Assembly (NCBI GenBank): GCA_036339735.1
Contig: JAYZAL010000005.1
Location: forward strand, 32,001 to 96,000
DNA length: 64,000 nucleotides
Source of the DNA: Candidatus Poribacteria bacterium
GTDB taxonomy: Bacteria; Poribacteria; WGA-4E; UBA9662
Direction of reading: 5' to 3'
A program made the position numbers and the translations under genes. The notes below the pieces were generated by a model. It worked only from the letters and a program-made list of their open reading frames with translations. It did no database searches and had not been told where the DNA came from. Positions 17,729 to 28,011 of this stretch are shown piece by piece. The number at the start of each line of letters is the position of its first letter. The stretch's first letter is position 1.

Positions 17729-20269
17729 ATGCAAAGCACGTCCGGCCAAAACTCTGAGAAAGCATCTCAATATGCCGAAGTAGCATTCCCAATTCCCATA
17801 GACTTTAGGGGTTACAAAATTGATTCGGCATCAACTGAATATCAATCTACCTACACTTATATCATCCCATCTCACTTGTTATCGATAGCTCAAGTTGGTT
17901 GTCGTGTAATTGCACCTTTAGGTAGGTCTCGGCGTGAGGGTGTGATAATTGAACGCAATAATCAAACGAAGATAGACATTTCAAAAATTAAACTTAGAAA
18001 CTTGATTGACTGCCTTGAAGACACACCAAGTTTCTCTACAAATATGCTTCATTTAACTCGCTGGGTTGCTGAATATTACCTTAGTTCTTGGGGGGAAGTT
18101 CTATCGGCAGCAATACCTGGAGTTATTCGAACGAAACAAAAACAAATCTACAAGTTGATTGCTGACGCGGAAACTATTGCTAAATTTGGTTATCAAGCAA
18201 AATTACAACGACGTATCTTAGATTTATTACAGGAAGAAAATAATCTCACTCGTACTCAGATTTCTCGACGCTTACGTAGGCCTGAGTTAGCTTTGAGATC
18301 CCCTTTGTCTAGATTAGCACATGATGAACTAATCGAAGTGTCATCGAAATTTCAACCAAAAAGTCAAAACCAATATAAAAATCTAGTTAGTTTAGTCCAC
18401 AAGAAAACTGAAACAAAGGTGGCACTCGAAAAATTAAAGAATGCCCCGAAACAAACAGAAGTACTAGAACTACTGCTTGACTCAAATCAGAAAGATTACC
18501 CCAATTCGACCCTGATTGATCAAACTGGTTGTAGTCTTTCAACACTTAGATCTTTAGAAAAAAAGGGGTTAATCAGTTTTAAGCGAAAAAAAATAACCCG
18601 AAACCCACTGAGTTTGGAGCCAGTAGTCAGAACTCAGCCACTTCTACTCAACCCGGAACAGGATCAAGCCGTATCTTCTATCACCCAGTCAGTTGAAAAT
18701 GTAGAGAATACCACGTTCTTGCTACATGGCATCACCGGTAGTGGAAAGACCGAAGTCTACCTACAATCTATCGCTAAAGTTTTAGAAAAAGAGAAATCTG
18801 CAATCCTATTAGTACCAGAAATTTCATTAACTCCACAGACAGTCTCACATTTTGTAGGTCGGTTCGGTGATTTAGTAGCTGTCTTACATAGCCGTTTATC
18901 CGATGGTGAGCGTCACGACCAATGGCAACGAATCCGAAATGGTATAGCACAAATTGTGATTGGCGCGAGGTCAGCGGTTTTTGCTCCATTAGAAAATTTG
19001 GGTTTGATTGTTATTGATGAAGAACATGAAAGTTCTTATAAACAAGATAGCACACCTCGTTATCACGCCAGAAATGTAGCCGCTAAAAGGTCTGAAATTG
19101 AAAACTGTACATTAGTACTGGGTAGCGCCACGCCAGCATTAGAAACTTACAGGCTAGCCAAGCATAATAAATATCGATTGCTCACCTTGACAAATCGAGC
19201 TACGAAAGTTGGCTTGCCTGATGTTGCAATTGTCGATATGAGACAGGAGTTAAAAAGTGGTAACCGGACTATATTCTCACAAAAGTTAAAATCTAGCATT
19301 GTAGATCGCTTAAAAAAGAAGCAACAAGTAATACTTTTTTTAAATCGGCGCGGACACTCGAGTTATGTGTTCTGTAGAGAATGTGGTTATATCGAACGTT
19401 GTCATAACTGCGACATCTCGTTGACTTTCCATCTCACCCGAAAGCAGCTAATTTGTCACCATTGTGCCGCAGAGAGAGCTACCGTTGATCATTGTCCATC
19501 CTGCGGAAGTATGTATATTCGATATTTTGGCTTGGGTACAGAAAAAGTTGAGCAACAAGTTAAAATAAATTTCCCGCAAGCTCGCGTACATAGGATGGAT
19601 ATGGATACCACATCAACTAAAGATGGGCACCAAAAAATCCTACAAACTTTTCAGGAAGGAAAAATTGATATCCTAATCGGCACACAAATGATTGCAAAAG
19701 GCCTAGATTTTCCAAATGTGACACTCGTGGGTGTTATCAGTGCAGATACTTCTCTTAATTTGCCTGATTTTCGGTCAGGCGAGAGAACTTTTAATTTGTT
19801 AACTCAAGTGGCAGGCCGTTCGGGTCGTGGTCCACTTGGTGGAAATGTAGTCATCCAAACTTATCTACCCGAGCACCAAAGCATTCAAGCTGCGCAGACA
19901 CATGATTACATTCAATTTTACCAAGAAGAAATTGAGCAAAGACAGCATTTAAAGTATCCTCCATTCAGCCATTCGGCTTCCATTCTGATGCGTTGTAGAG
20001 ATGAAAAAGTACTTATTGAAAATGCGCATCAGTTGTTCGAAATATTTTCTCGTTTTCAGATCGAAACATTCATTGATGTTCAAATCCGTGGTCCAGCACC
20101 AGCACCTCTTTCCAAAATTAAAAACCAATACCGTTGGCACTTTTTAATTCTACATGTAGATCATTGTACGTTACTGAGGTTTTTAAAGAAATCCTTAGCC
20201 CATTACACTTCATTCCAACCGAAAGTCATCGACTTAACTATTGATATAGACCCAATTAATACCCTCTAG
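17729..20269 (+). CDS. priA: Primosomal protein N'
   Basis: GITGSGKTEVY, DEEH, LNRRG, four CxxC pairs, GTQMIAKGLDFP, GRSGR. Confidence 0.98.
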   Translation: MQSTSGQNSEKASQYAEVAFPIPIDFRGYKIDSASTEYQSTYTYIIPSHLLSIAQVGCRVIAPLGRSRREGVIIERNNQTKIDISKIKLRNLIDCLEDTPSFSTNMLHLTRWVAEYYLSSWGEVLSAAIPGVIRTKQKQIYKLIADAETIAKFGYQAKLQRRILDLLQEENNLTRTQISRRLRRPELALRSPLSRLAHDELIEVSSKFQPKSQNQYKNLVSLVHKKTETKVALEKLKNAPKQTEVLELLLDSNQKDYPNSTLIDQTGCSLSTLRSLEKKGLISFKRKKITRNPLSLEPVVRTQPLLLNPEQDQAVSSITQSVENVENTTFLLHGITGSGKTEVYLQSIAKVLEKEKSAILLVPEISLTPQTVSHFVGRFGDLVAVLHSRLSDGERHDQWQRIRNGIAQIVIGARSAVFAPLENLGLIVIDEEHESSYKQDSTPRYHARNVAAKRSEIENCTLVLGSATPALETYRLAKHNKYRLLTLTNRATKVGLPDVAIVDMRQELKSGNRTIFSQKLKSSIVDRLKKKQQVILFLNRRGHSSYVFCRECGYIERCHNCDISLTFHLTRKQLICHHCAAERATVDHCPSCGSMYIRYFGLGTEKVEQQVKINFPQARVHRMDMDTTSTKDGHQKILQTFQEGKIDILIGTQMIAKGLDFPNVTLVGVISADTSLNLPDFRSGERTFNLLTQVAGRSGRGPLGGNVVIQTYLPEHQSIQAAQTHDYIQFYQEEIEQRQHLKYPPFSHSASILMRCRDEKVLIENAHQLFEIFSRFQIETFIDVQIRGPAPAPLSKIKNQYRWHFLILHVDHCTLLRFLKKSLAHYTSFQPKVIDLTIDIDPINTL

Positions 20270-20272
20270 AAC

Positions 20273-20302
20273 TTGACTCTGATTTCTTTGTTTCGGTACA
20301 AT
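20273..20302 (+). promoter_or_regulatory. Putative promoter of iscS operon
   Basis: TTGACT-N18-TACAAT. Confidence 0.55.
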
Positions 20303-20352
20303 CTTAAGGCGATTGTATTTACCTATTTTGTGACTTCAGGCCTCTTATAACA

Positions 20353-21570
20353 ATGGAATCACCTATTTTTTTAGACCATCATTCCACTACGCCAATTGAT
20401 CCAGATGTTTTATCAGAAATGATACCGTTCTTGACTCAAAACTTTGGTAATGCTTCTAGTAATCACATTTTTGGTCAAGAGGCTCGCAGGGCCGTTGAAA
20501 AAGCCCGTACGCAAGTAGCAGACCTAATTGGGGCTAAACCACAAGAAATTATCTTTACCAGTGGGGCTACAGAATCTGACAACTTGGCTATCAAAGGTGT
20601 TGCGGAGAGTTATCATCGTCGGGGAAATCATATAATAACGACACAAATCGAGCATAGTGCGATCTTAGATACCTGTTACTTTCTAGAGAAATTAGGTTTT
20701 GAAACAACCTATCTACCCGTGGATAAATACGGCATGGTTGACCCAGAGCAGGTCGCGTCAGCTATTAAACCAAACACAATCTTAATCAGTATAATACATG
20801 CCAGTAACGAAGTTGGAACAATCAACCCTTTGGCTGAAATTGGCCAAATTGCTCGCCAAGCAGGCGTTCTGTTTCATTCAGATGCCGTACAGGCTATCGG
20901 AAAAATTGATGTTAATGTTGATCATTTAAATATTGATCTGATGTCATTGACAGCCCATAAAGTTTATGGCCCCAAAGGAATTGGTGCACTTTACATTCGA
21001 CGAAAAAAACCAAAAATCCGTATCAAGCCTCAAAACTATGGTGGAGGACAAGAAGGAAAAATTCGTTCTGGCACACTGAATGTATCAGGGATTGTCGGTT
21101 TTGGCTATGCTTGCCAAATAGCACAAACCAAGATGCAGAAAGAATCAGAACAGCTAATTAGCTTACGGTCTCGTTTGTACGAAGGACTCAAAGAACAAAT
21201 TGATTTTCTACATTTAAATGGTCACCCGCAAAAACGACTACCTGGGAACCTCAATGTCAGTATTGAATTTGTTGACAGTGTAACCCTATTGGAAAAGTTA
21301 AAGGATATCGCGTTATCTACAGGTTCAGCATGTTCATCCAATTCATCAGCACCATCTAAAGTTTTGACAGCTATGGGAATTGACGACAATCTCGCACGTA
21401 ATCCCATACGATTTGGTTTGGGACGAAGTAATACCAAAAATGAAATAGATTTTGTTGTTTCGCGAGTGGTAGAAGAAGTGAAAAATATGAGAGAGTCATC
21501 CCCTCTTTACAAATTAATGGGATCAGAAGTTGAATTATCTCCCCCAAATCGAATGAAAAGGGTTAATTAA
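20353..21570 (+). CDS. iscS: Cysteine desulfurase, class I
   Basis: FTSGATESDN, TAHK.YGPKG (PLP Lys), RSGTLN, STGSACSS. Confidence 0.93.
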   Translation: MESPIFLDHHSTTPIDPDVLSEMIPFLTQNFGNASSNHIFGQEARRAVEKARTQVADLIGAKPQEIIFTSGATESDNLAIKGVAESYHRRGNHIITTQIEHSAILDTCYFLEKLGFETTYLPVDKYGMVDPEQVASAIKPNTILISIIHASNEVGTINPLAEIGQIARQAGVLFHSDAVQAIGKIDVNVDHLNIDLMSLTAHKVYGPKGIGALYIRRKKPKIRIKPQNYGGGQEGKIRSGTLNVSGIVGFGYACQIAQTKMQKESEQLISLRSRLYEGLKEQIDFLHLNGHPQKRLPGNLNVSIEFVDSVTLLEKLKDIALSTGSACSSNSSAPSKVLTAMGIDDNLARNPIRFGLGRSNTKNEIDFVVSRVVEEVKNMRESSPLYKLMGSEVELSPPNRMKRVN

Positions 21571-21573
21571 ATA

Positions 21574-22971
21574 ATGCTGAAACAATTTCCATTTATAGCA
21601 TTTACCTCATTATTATTTGTAGCCTTGATTATAATAGGTTGTGATGAAGGAGATATGGAAGACCAAGATAGCTTAGTTGGATCAGATGTTGACAAATCAC
21701 AATCAACATGGTCTTTGATCCAAGAGAACATTCTTCAACCAAACTGCGTTAGCTGTCATGTCGCCGGGAGTTCAGTTGCTCAGCAGACGGGATTAATTTT
21801 AACGGCAGACGAAGCCTACAACGAATTAGTAGACAAACCACCTAAAAATCCAGCTGCACTGGCTGACGGGTTGATGAGAATTGGCAGGAAAGGCCATGAA
21901 AGCTTAGCTAAGAGTTTCTTTTGGGAGAAAATTAATGCTCCTAACGAAGATCATTTCTATAATGATCACCCCGAGTATGGTGGAATGATGCCTCCACGCC
22001 CTGCTGAACCACTAACATATGGTCAGCTAGAATTTGTTCGTCAATGGATTATCCAAGGAGCGCCAGAAAGTGGAGTTGTCGCCGACGAAAAACTTTTGGA
22101 TGAAATGGATCGTTATACTCCAAAAGTATTCACATCACTTTCGAAACCGTTGAATGGAGTCCAACTTCACTTGGAACCATTCGAAGTCTTACCCAATTAT
22201 GAGCGTGAGTTTTACCAATTCCATGAACTAAACAACCCAGAACCTGTTTATATCAACAGGATTGAGATTGCGATGAGGCCTGGCAGCCACCACTTTATAC
22301 TATATACTTTTGGAGACCGAACCCCTGAAATATTTAAACCTATCCCAAATATAGACAGAGATCTAAGAGATGAGAGTGGTAACTACATTCTGCAAAATTT
22401 ACTCCCAATGCGTTACCACCAATTTTTTACAGGAACACAATGGCCTAAAATGGACTACCAATTACCAGAGGGTGTTGCTTTAGAATTGCCAGCTAATAGT
22501 GGCTTAGATTTAAACAGCCATTATGTTAACAGAACCGCGAATTCTCTGCGCGGTGAAGTCTTTGTCAATTTGCATTATCAGGATAAGAAGTCGGTAAAAC
22601 ATATTGCCAAAATCATCAGCTTTAATCATACCGACATTGAGTTGCCGGCAGGTCAAATCACCACATTAACCAAGGATTTTTATTTTCGAGAGGCTGCAAA
22701 TGTTTTCCAACTTTTTTCGCATGCGCACGAATTGATGACCGAGTTTCGTGTACAAGCAATTGGGGGACAAAGAAATGGAAAAGAAGTTTATTTTACTGAT
22801 GACTGGGAACATCCTCCCATCATGTCATATAATCCACCCATGAAGTTTGGGGTGGGCGAAGGGTTGCGTCTAATTGCCACTTATAATAATGTTCATAACC
22901 GAGAAGTAAACTTTGGTTTTTTGAGTACTGATGAAATGATGATTCTATTTGGCCTATATTATGAAGACTGA
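21574..22971 (+). CDS. Lipoprotein: cytochrome c domain fused to copper type II (PHM/DBH-like) monooxygenase domains
   Basis: Lipobox IIGC; CVSCH plus MMPP; GSHHF, NSHY, SHAH and DEMM copper-ligand motifs in PHM order. Confidence 0.75.
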   Translation: MLKQFPFIAFTSLLFVALIIIGCDEGDMEDQDSLVGSDVDKSQSTWSLIQENILQPNCVSCHVAGSSVAQQTGLILTADEAYNELVDKPPKNPAALADGLMRIGRKGHESLAKSFFWEKINAPNEDHFYNDHPEYGGMMPPRPAEPLTYGQLEFVRQWIIQGAPESGVVADEKLLDEMDRYTPKVFTSLSKPLNGVQLHLEPFEVLPNYEREFYQFHELNNPEPVYINRIEIAMRPGSHHFILYTFGDRTPEIFKPIPNIDRDLRDESGNYILQNLLPMRYHQFFTGTQWPKMDYQLPEGVALELPANSGLDLNSHYVNRTANSLRGEVFVNLHYQDKKSVKHIAKIISFNHTDIELPAGQITTLTKDFYFREAANVFQLFSHAHELMTEFRVQAIGGQRNGKEVYFTDDWEHPPIMSYNPPMKFGVGEGLRLIATYNNVHNREVNFGFLSTDEMMILFGLYYED

Positions 22972-23031
22972 TAGTGATTTTTTAACTCATCAAGAATTCA
23001 ATTTCTATAAACAAAACTGAATAGGAGTGAA

Positions 23032-23985
23032 ATGAAGTTATTTGGAAAAGATAATCAAGCATCAGGTAACCAAGCAGGAACTACAGAGAAGCGAAATCCT
23101 TCTAAGCAACACCCTGAGCTAAAAATAATCAGTGGAAACCAGATTTCCCCCCCCTCATCTTCACAGAAAGAAGTTCAACCCGAATCCCAAACAACACTCC
23201 TACCCAAAGTCAATCATGCAATTGCTATATCGAGTGGAAAAGGTGGGGTTGGGAAATCCACTGTGGCCGCAAATTTATCTTTGGCTATGGCAGGAAAAGG
23301 CTTTAAGGTTGGATTGATGGATGCGGACGTTTATGGTCCTAGCATTCCAACTATGATGGGAGTAAAACAACAACCTAAAATAACAAAAGAAAAAAAACTA
23401 ATACCTATTGACCAGCACGGCATCTCGTTGATGTCAATAGGTTTCATGGTAGAAGACGAGCAAGCGATGATCTGGCGCGGACCGATGTTACATAGTGCGA
23501 TGCGTCAATTTTTGGGCGATGTTATCTGGGGAGAGCTTGATTATCTATTTATTGATATGCCACCGGGGACTGGCGATGTTCAACTTTCTTTATCCCAGAT
23601 TACAAGTTTAAGAGGGACTGTCGTTGTAACAACGCCACAAGAGGTAGCACTTTCTGATGTTAAGCGTTCAATTTCCATGTGTAATCGAATGGAAACACCA
23701 TTATTAGGAATCGTGGAAAACATGAGTTATTATATTGACGATAGCGGTAAAAAGATAGAGATATTTGGTAATGGTGGTGGCAAAAAAATTAGTCAGAAAC
23801 TTGGCACTAACTTACTAGGCCAAATTCCGATTGACCCTCAGATCTGCCAATGTGGGGATTTGGGAATACCTATCGTTCTTGGGTATCCAGACTCACCACA
23901 ATCTTTGGTTTTTCAAGAGATTGCAGACGGTCTCGTGAACCAAATTGATCAATTGGATCCCCAAGATGAATTAGTTATCGAATGA
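23032..23985 (+). CDS. mrp: Mrp/ApbC/NBP35 family P-loop ATPase
   Basis: SGKGGVGKS, DADVYGPS, IWRGPM, WGELD...DMPPGTGD, VTTPQ, ENMS. Confidence 0.93.
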   Translation: MKLFGKDNQASGNQAGTTEKRNPSKQHPELKIISGNQISPPSSSQKEVQPESQTTLLPKVNHAIAISSGKGGVGKSTVAANLSLAMAGKGFKVGLMDADVYGPSIPTMMGVKQQPKITKEKKLIPIDQHGISLMSIGFMVEDEQAMIWRGPMLHSAMRQFLGDVIWGELDYLFIDMPPGTGDVQLSLSQITSLRGTVVVTTPQEVALSDVKRSISMCNRMETPLLGIVENMSYYIDDSGKKIEIFGNGGGKKISQKLGTNLLGQIPIDPQICQCGDLGIPIVLGYPDSPQSLVFQEIADGLVNQIDQLDPQDELVIE

Positions 23986-24053
23986 GGAAAGTCATTTTTT
24001 CCAACTTCCAGTTCGATACTCGGATCATCTTAAATTAACATTTCGGCTTAAAA

Positions 24054-24644
24054 GTGTTTGTCAATAAGCAGGTTGATCGTCTAGAAAGCCGATACGGAAT
24101 ACCCAACAAGGATTGGTCCGAATGGGAGATGACAAAGAAGGAGTTCAATCTCGTCAAGGCTAGTATGCTGTCTGGTCGACAGCACGACGTCACTTTACTC
24201 ATTTTTCAGCGTCCATTTTTTAATTTTCGAAAAATTAGTATTGATAGTCCAATCGCCGTAATTCGAAAACCATATTACCAACCTGATGTCTATCGGCCAC
24301 CAAGCGGTGGTATCAGTCCCAGTGAAAATTTTGAATTCGGTGTTAAGAGAGAAGCAAAAGAAGAAACTGGTTTAATGGTAACTATCCATAGTTATCTACT
24401 AAGATCAAATGTGCGATTTACTTACTGCCATCAGGCAATTGACTGGCAGACGCATGTTTTTGTGGCTTCAACTTTAGATCGAGTTTTACATCCGACTGAC
24501 ATCAAAGAAATTTCTAATGCTCGATGGGTAGCTTGGGGAAAGTTGGAAACAGACCTTTTGAAAAAGTTGAAAAAAGCACCAAGCATAGGTCTACAGTACA
24601 GAGGCCATTTGCAAGAAAAAATAGTCGGATATTGTACCAGGTGA
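24054..24644 (+). CDS. NUDIX hydrolase
   Basis: GGISPSENFEFGVKREAKEETG Nudix box. Confidence 0.8.
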   Translation: MFVNKQVDRLESRYGIPNKDWSEWEMTKKEFNLVKASMLSGRQHDVTLLIFQRPFFNFRKISIDSPIAVIRKPYYQPDVYRPPSGGISPSENFEFGVKREAKEETGLMVTIHSYLLRSNVRFTYCHQAIDWQTHVFVASTLDRVLHPTDIKEISNARWVAWGKLETDLLKKLKKAPSIGLQYRGHLQEKIVGYCTR

Positions 24645-24791
24645 GATCGAAATTGTTAGCTTAATGAAGTCGTCTGACTTTAGCTATCAACTAAACGGAA
24701 ACTAACACAAGTCCCCAAGGATAACCCGTTTTCTGAATAACTCTGGTAAATAAAAACAAAACAGCAGAATATTTTAGAACTAGAAAGACTC

Positions 24792-24820
24792 GGCACTTTA
24801 CCCTTTGAAGGTAAAGTGTC
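24792..24820. terminator. Stem-loop between convergent genes
   Basis: GGCACTTTACC-N7-GGTAAAGTGTC, an 11-bp stem. Confidence 0.55.
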
Positions 24821-24866
24821 ATAGATGTTTTTTCGTCGTCCTGTAAACGATTTATTTATTTGGTGT

Positions 24867-26552
24867 TTAGTGTTCTACTGTCTGGCGCAATATACTTTGC
24901 TGTCCATGGTTGTTTACGAGACGATAGATAGCGGTATAAGTGCCAGGTCGAGTTATTAACTCATCAAGATTGATATTGGGCTTAAAGGCAATAGTTTCAC
25001 TTCCATCATTGGGAACCTCTATTTTTTGTGATGCTTTTTGTAATGGAATTTTTTCTCCTGAGGGGTTGAGAAATTTACTGTGGACTTCTATCCATTCAGG
25101 TCTTGGCTTAGTGTCTACATACATTATAATATCCTCGCCAATTACGCCTAACTTTGATAACGTTTTGCTTGTCGAATCGATGTCTTCCATGTAACCTCGA
25201 CCTGGAATTGGATACCAATTTCCACCTGTTGCTAGAGCGAGTTGTTTTATTGGTAGGTAATCAATTCCAATACTTTCAACTCGTACTCGTTTTTTTTGTA
25301 ATTTAGTGATAACTTGGTCTAGGGTATACGGGGATTGGCCATCATAATCCAAATCATGAAATGTGCCATCGGAGATAAAAACGAATATTGGCTGACTATT
25401 TCGGCGAAACCTGGTTTGCTCCAATGCTACCATGATGGCATCTAATCCTGATTCAGCTAAATCACCACCACCAACTATCTGGATTTTTTGCATCCACTTA
25501 TTGAACTTGCGAAATTTTTTCGTCAGACCATTAAAGTTGATGTACTGACGGTCAGAAAATGAAACAAGACCAACGGCAATGTCTCTTCTCGCTAAATGAA
25601 ATTGGTCTAGAAATTTTCCCATATAAGCTCGGATAGCTCTAATATTATCTGTCATACTAGCAGTTTTATCTAAAATGAAAACCAGATCAATTTTTTTGGC
25701 TCCTTCATCAGCGATCAAATTGACAGCTAAACGTCTCATTAGCGAAGGATAATCGCTCGCAGGTGAACTACCAATGGTAGAACTACTGGAAGACTGACCG
25801 CCACCGATTAGATTATCATTGATTAGACGCCCTTTTTGACTAGTATCTAAACCCATTTCAACTGAAACTTGAGGAGAATCTGATTTTAATTCCCTTGTTT
25901 TGATTTCTGATATGAGTGGTTGATGATTACTAGTATTATTCAGTTTTCCCAAATCTTTTTCAGCGGTGCCTAAAGTTCCATGAATGATTTTTCTTTTTAT
26001 TCTTTTCTGGGTTGTTTGTGTCGTAAAGGTCCCACTGGACGTAGTCAAAAAATTTTCAGGTTGAATTCCGGGCTCGTCTATCCTCATTGAGCTGTTAACG
26101 ACTTGATTAATCAACCTCTGTTCGGTTAGGAGGTGGTCTCTTTTTTTTAGTTCCGGGGATAAATCAAGAGACGAATCAGTAAGAAACGCTGGCTTTGGAC
26201 GCTTAATAGATTTATCAGTTGATTCTATTAATTTTGGTTTTAATACCGGATCGTTTATCTTCTCTAAGTTTAACTTAGTTTCGGTTAGTGCCTGATCGTT
26301 AGCCTTAGGTAAGGAATCAATTGGCCTTATGTATACGGTTTCTTGAGCAATTAAACCGATAAACTTACGCCGGCCCTCCAGATTTATACGAGAAACCAAG
26401 GGTAGCAAAATTAAATGTAGGAGGATTGAGGTGGAATAAGCCCAGTAACGTATTTTTCGATTTTTATCCAATGAAGCCGATTTCATTTGAAACTTAATTG
26501 ATTTGGATATCTTATTTTCGTTTACCTCAAACAGGATTGGTCCAACGAACAC
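24867..26552 (-). CDS. Membrane-anchored vWA domain protein
   Basis: S.LLHL..L anchor, long low-complexity linker, DLVFILDKTASM MIDAS-like motif, GGGD..ES..DA, FISD; start codon uncertain. Confidence 0.8.
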   Translation of the reverse strand: MFVGPILFEVNENKISKSIKFQMKSASLDKNRKIRYWAYSTSILLHLILLPLVSRINLEGRRKFIGLIAQETVYIRPIDSLPKANDQALTETKLNLEKINDPVLKPKLIESTDKSIKRPKPAFLTDSSLDLSPELKKRDHLLTEQRLINQVVNSSMRIDEPGIQPENFLTTSSGTFTTQTTQKRIKRKIIHGTLGTAEKDLGKLNNTSNHQPLISEIKTRELKSDSPQVSVEMGLDTSQKGRLINDNLIGGGQSSSSSTIGSSPASDYPSLMRRLAVNLIADEGAKKIDLVFILDKTASMTDNIRAIRAYMGKFLDQFHLARRDIAVGLVSFSDRQYINFNGLTKKFRKFNKWMQKIQIVGGGDLAESGLDAIMVALEQTRFRRNSQPIFVFISDGTFHDLDYDGQSPYTLDQVITKLQKKRVRVESIGIDYLPIKQLALATGGNWYPIPGRGYMEDIDSTSKTLSKLGVIGEDIIMYVDTKPRPEWIEVHSKFLNPSGEKIPLQKASQKIEVPNDGSETIAFKPNINLDELITRPGTYTAIYRLVNNHGQQSILRQTVEH

Positions 26553-26624
26553 GGTTCAATTTTGAACGAGACTTAGATCGTAACATTCAAACACCTCTGG
26601 AATAATCTACCTTTGTTAAGATTT

Positions 26625-27980
26625 TTATTTGGCTTTTTGATCCATTACTACAGGGATAAATTCCTGTAGTAATTTTCCAGTTTTGAGATCAAACGTTCTC
26701 AGCCACCCATCAAATCCACCAGCCGATATCTGTTTTTTTACCGGGTTGAAGCTTAAAGCGAAGACTGCCGTTGAATCAGCAGTAATTACCTGTGATCGAT
26801 TACCATTTTCCGTTTCGTATATATAAACTTTTCCGTTATCATTCCCCGTAGCGAATCGATTACCATTCGGACTAAAAGCAACTACATTAACCGCAGCTAG
26901 CTGGCGATCAAAAGCACGAATTAAGTTGAAGTCTGTATTACCTACATCTCGACGAATAGTACGAAATATTTGATACAACCGAGGTATACCGTCCTCACCT
27001 GCTGCTAAAATTTGGTCTTTGCTAGGATGACGAGCCAAACTATAAATTTCTCCATACCCCTTATTACTAGCGTTGATATCGTCTATAAAGGACCCACTTT
27101 CAACCTCTATCAATTTTAAAGCCCGGTCTCTTCCTGTAGTCACTAAGTGGGTTCCGTCAACTGAGAATACTGTCCCTAAAACCCAATTGCTATGATTATC
27201 AAATTTTAGCTTTTCACTTAAATTACTAATTTGAAGTAAGCGAGCGGTGTTATCAGCTCCTCCATACGCAACGAGCTGACCATCGGGTGAAATAGAAACT
27301 CCATAAAGAGTGTCATTTGTATTTTGAGTAGACTGAGCCAGTTGATATGTATCGGTATTCCACACCTGTAGTTCCCCTGAAACAGCAGGGACACCACCCG
27401 AAACAACCAAGATTTTCCCATCTAGAGTATAGGCGATTGACTCTATTCGGTCAGATTTTCCGATTAGCCTAGCAATGAGTTCGGTTCCGTCTGCCCGATG
27501 AACTAACACTTCACCATAACCCGAGATCGCTAATTGTTGACCGTCTGGAGAAAATGCCAAAGCAGAAATAACCGGTGGTTTTTGGTATTTGGGTGCTTCC
27601 ATTAAGACTTTAGTTGACTTGATGTTCGTATCGTCGATAGCACCTTCCAAAATCCATTGACGAATTAAACTCACTTCATCCTCAGTCAACGGTTCCAAAT
27701 TGATAGGCATCTCTGGAGGATCACCAACGATGAAGTCAAAAATGATACTATGTTCAGGACTACCGCCAACAAAAAGAGGGCCTGTAGCTCCCCCCTTTTC
27801 AAAACCAGTATAACTAGTCAGGCTTAAATCACCCGCAGGGTCCTTTGGGTTATGACAACCTTGACAAGTGCGTTGTAATATAGGTTGAATTTGATCTTGG
27901 TAACTAACTCTTGCTACGGAGTAACTCACTCCAGAAAAAAGTAAGTAAACGAAGAGAAAATAGAGCCTCAGCACACCCAA
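26625..27980 (-). CDS. Planctomycete-type cytochrome c domain + WD40 repeat protein
   Basis: Signal peptide, IQPILQRTCQGCH...EMP, IRQWI.EGA, then WD40 repeats (ALAFSPDG, VAFSPNG). Confidence 0.85.
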   Translation of the reverse strand: MGVLRLYFLFVYLLFSGVSYSVARVSYQDQIQPILQRTCQGCHNPKDPAGDLSLTSYTGFEKGGATGPLFVGGSPEHSIIFDFIVGDPPEMPINLEPLTEDEVSLIRQWILEGAIDDTNIKSTKVLMEAPKYQKPPVISALAFSPDGQQLAISGYGEVLVHRADGTELIARLIGKSDRIESIAYTLDGKILVVSGGVPAVSGELQVWNTDTYQLAQSTQNTNDTLYGVSISPDGQLVAYGGADNTARLLQISNLSEKLKFDNHSNWVLGTVFSVDGTHLVTTGRDRALKLIEVESGSFIDDINASNKGYGEIYSLARHPSKDQILAAGEDGIPRLYQIFRTIRRDVGNTDFNLIRAFDRQLAAVNVVAFSPNGNRFATGNDNGKVYIYETENGNRSQVITADSTAVFALSFNPVKKQISAGGFDGWLRTFDLKTGKLLQEFIPVVMDQKAK

Positions 27981-28011
27981 TCACCTCAAACCTTGTTCTA
28001 CTCGACAGTCT

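Noticed and set aside
8945-22971. NHL protein plus PHM-like protein as a split peptide-amidation (PAL + PHM) system
   Set aside because: The genes are over 10 kb apart on opposite strands with core genes between; NHL repeats are generic and I could not identify PAL catalytic residues.
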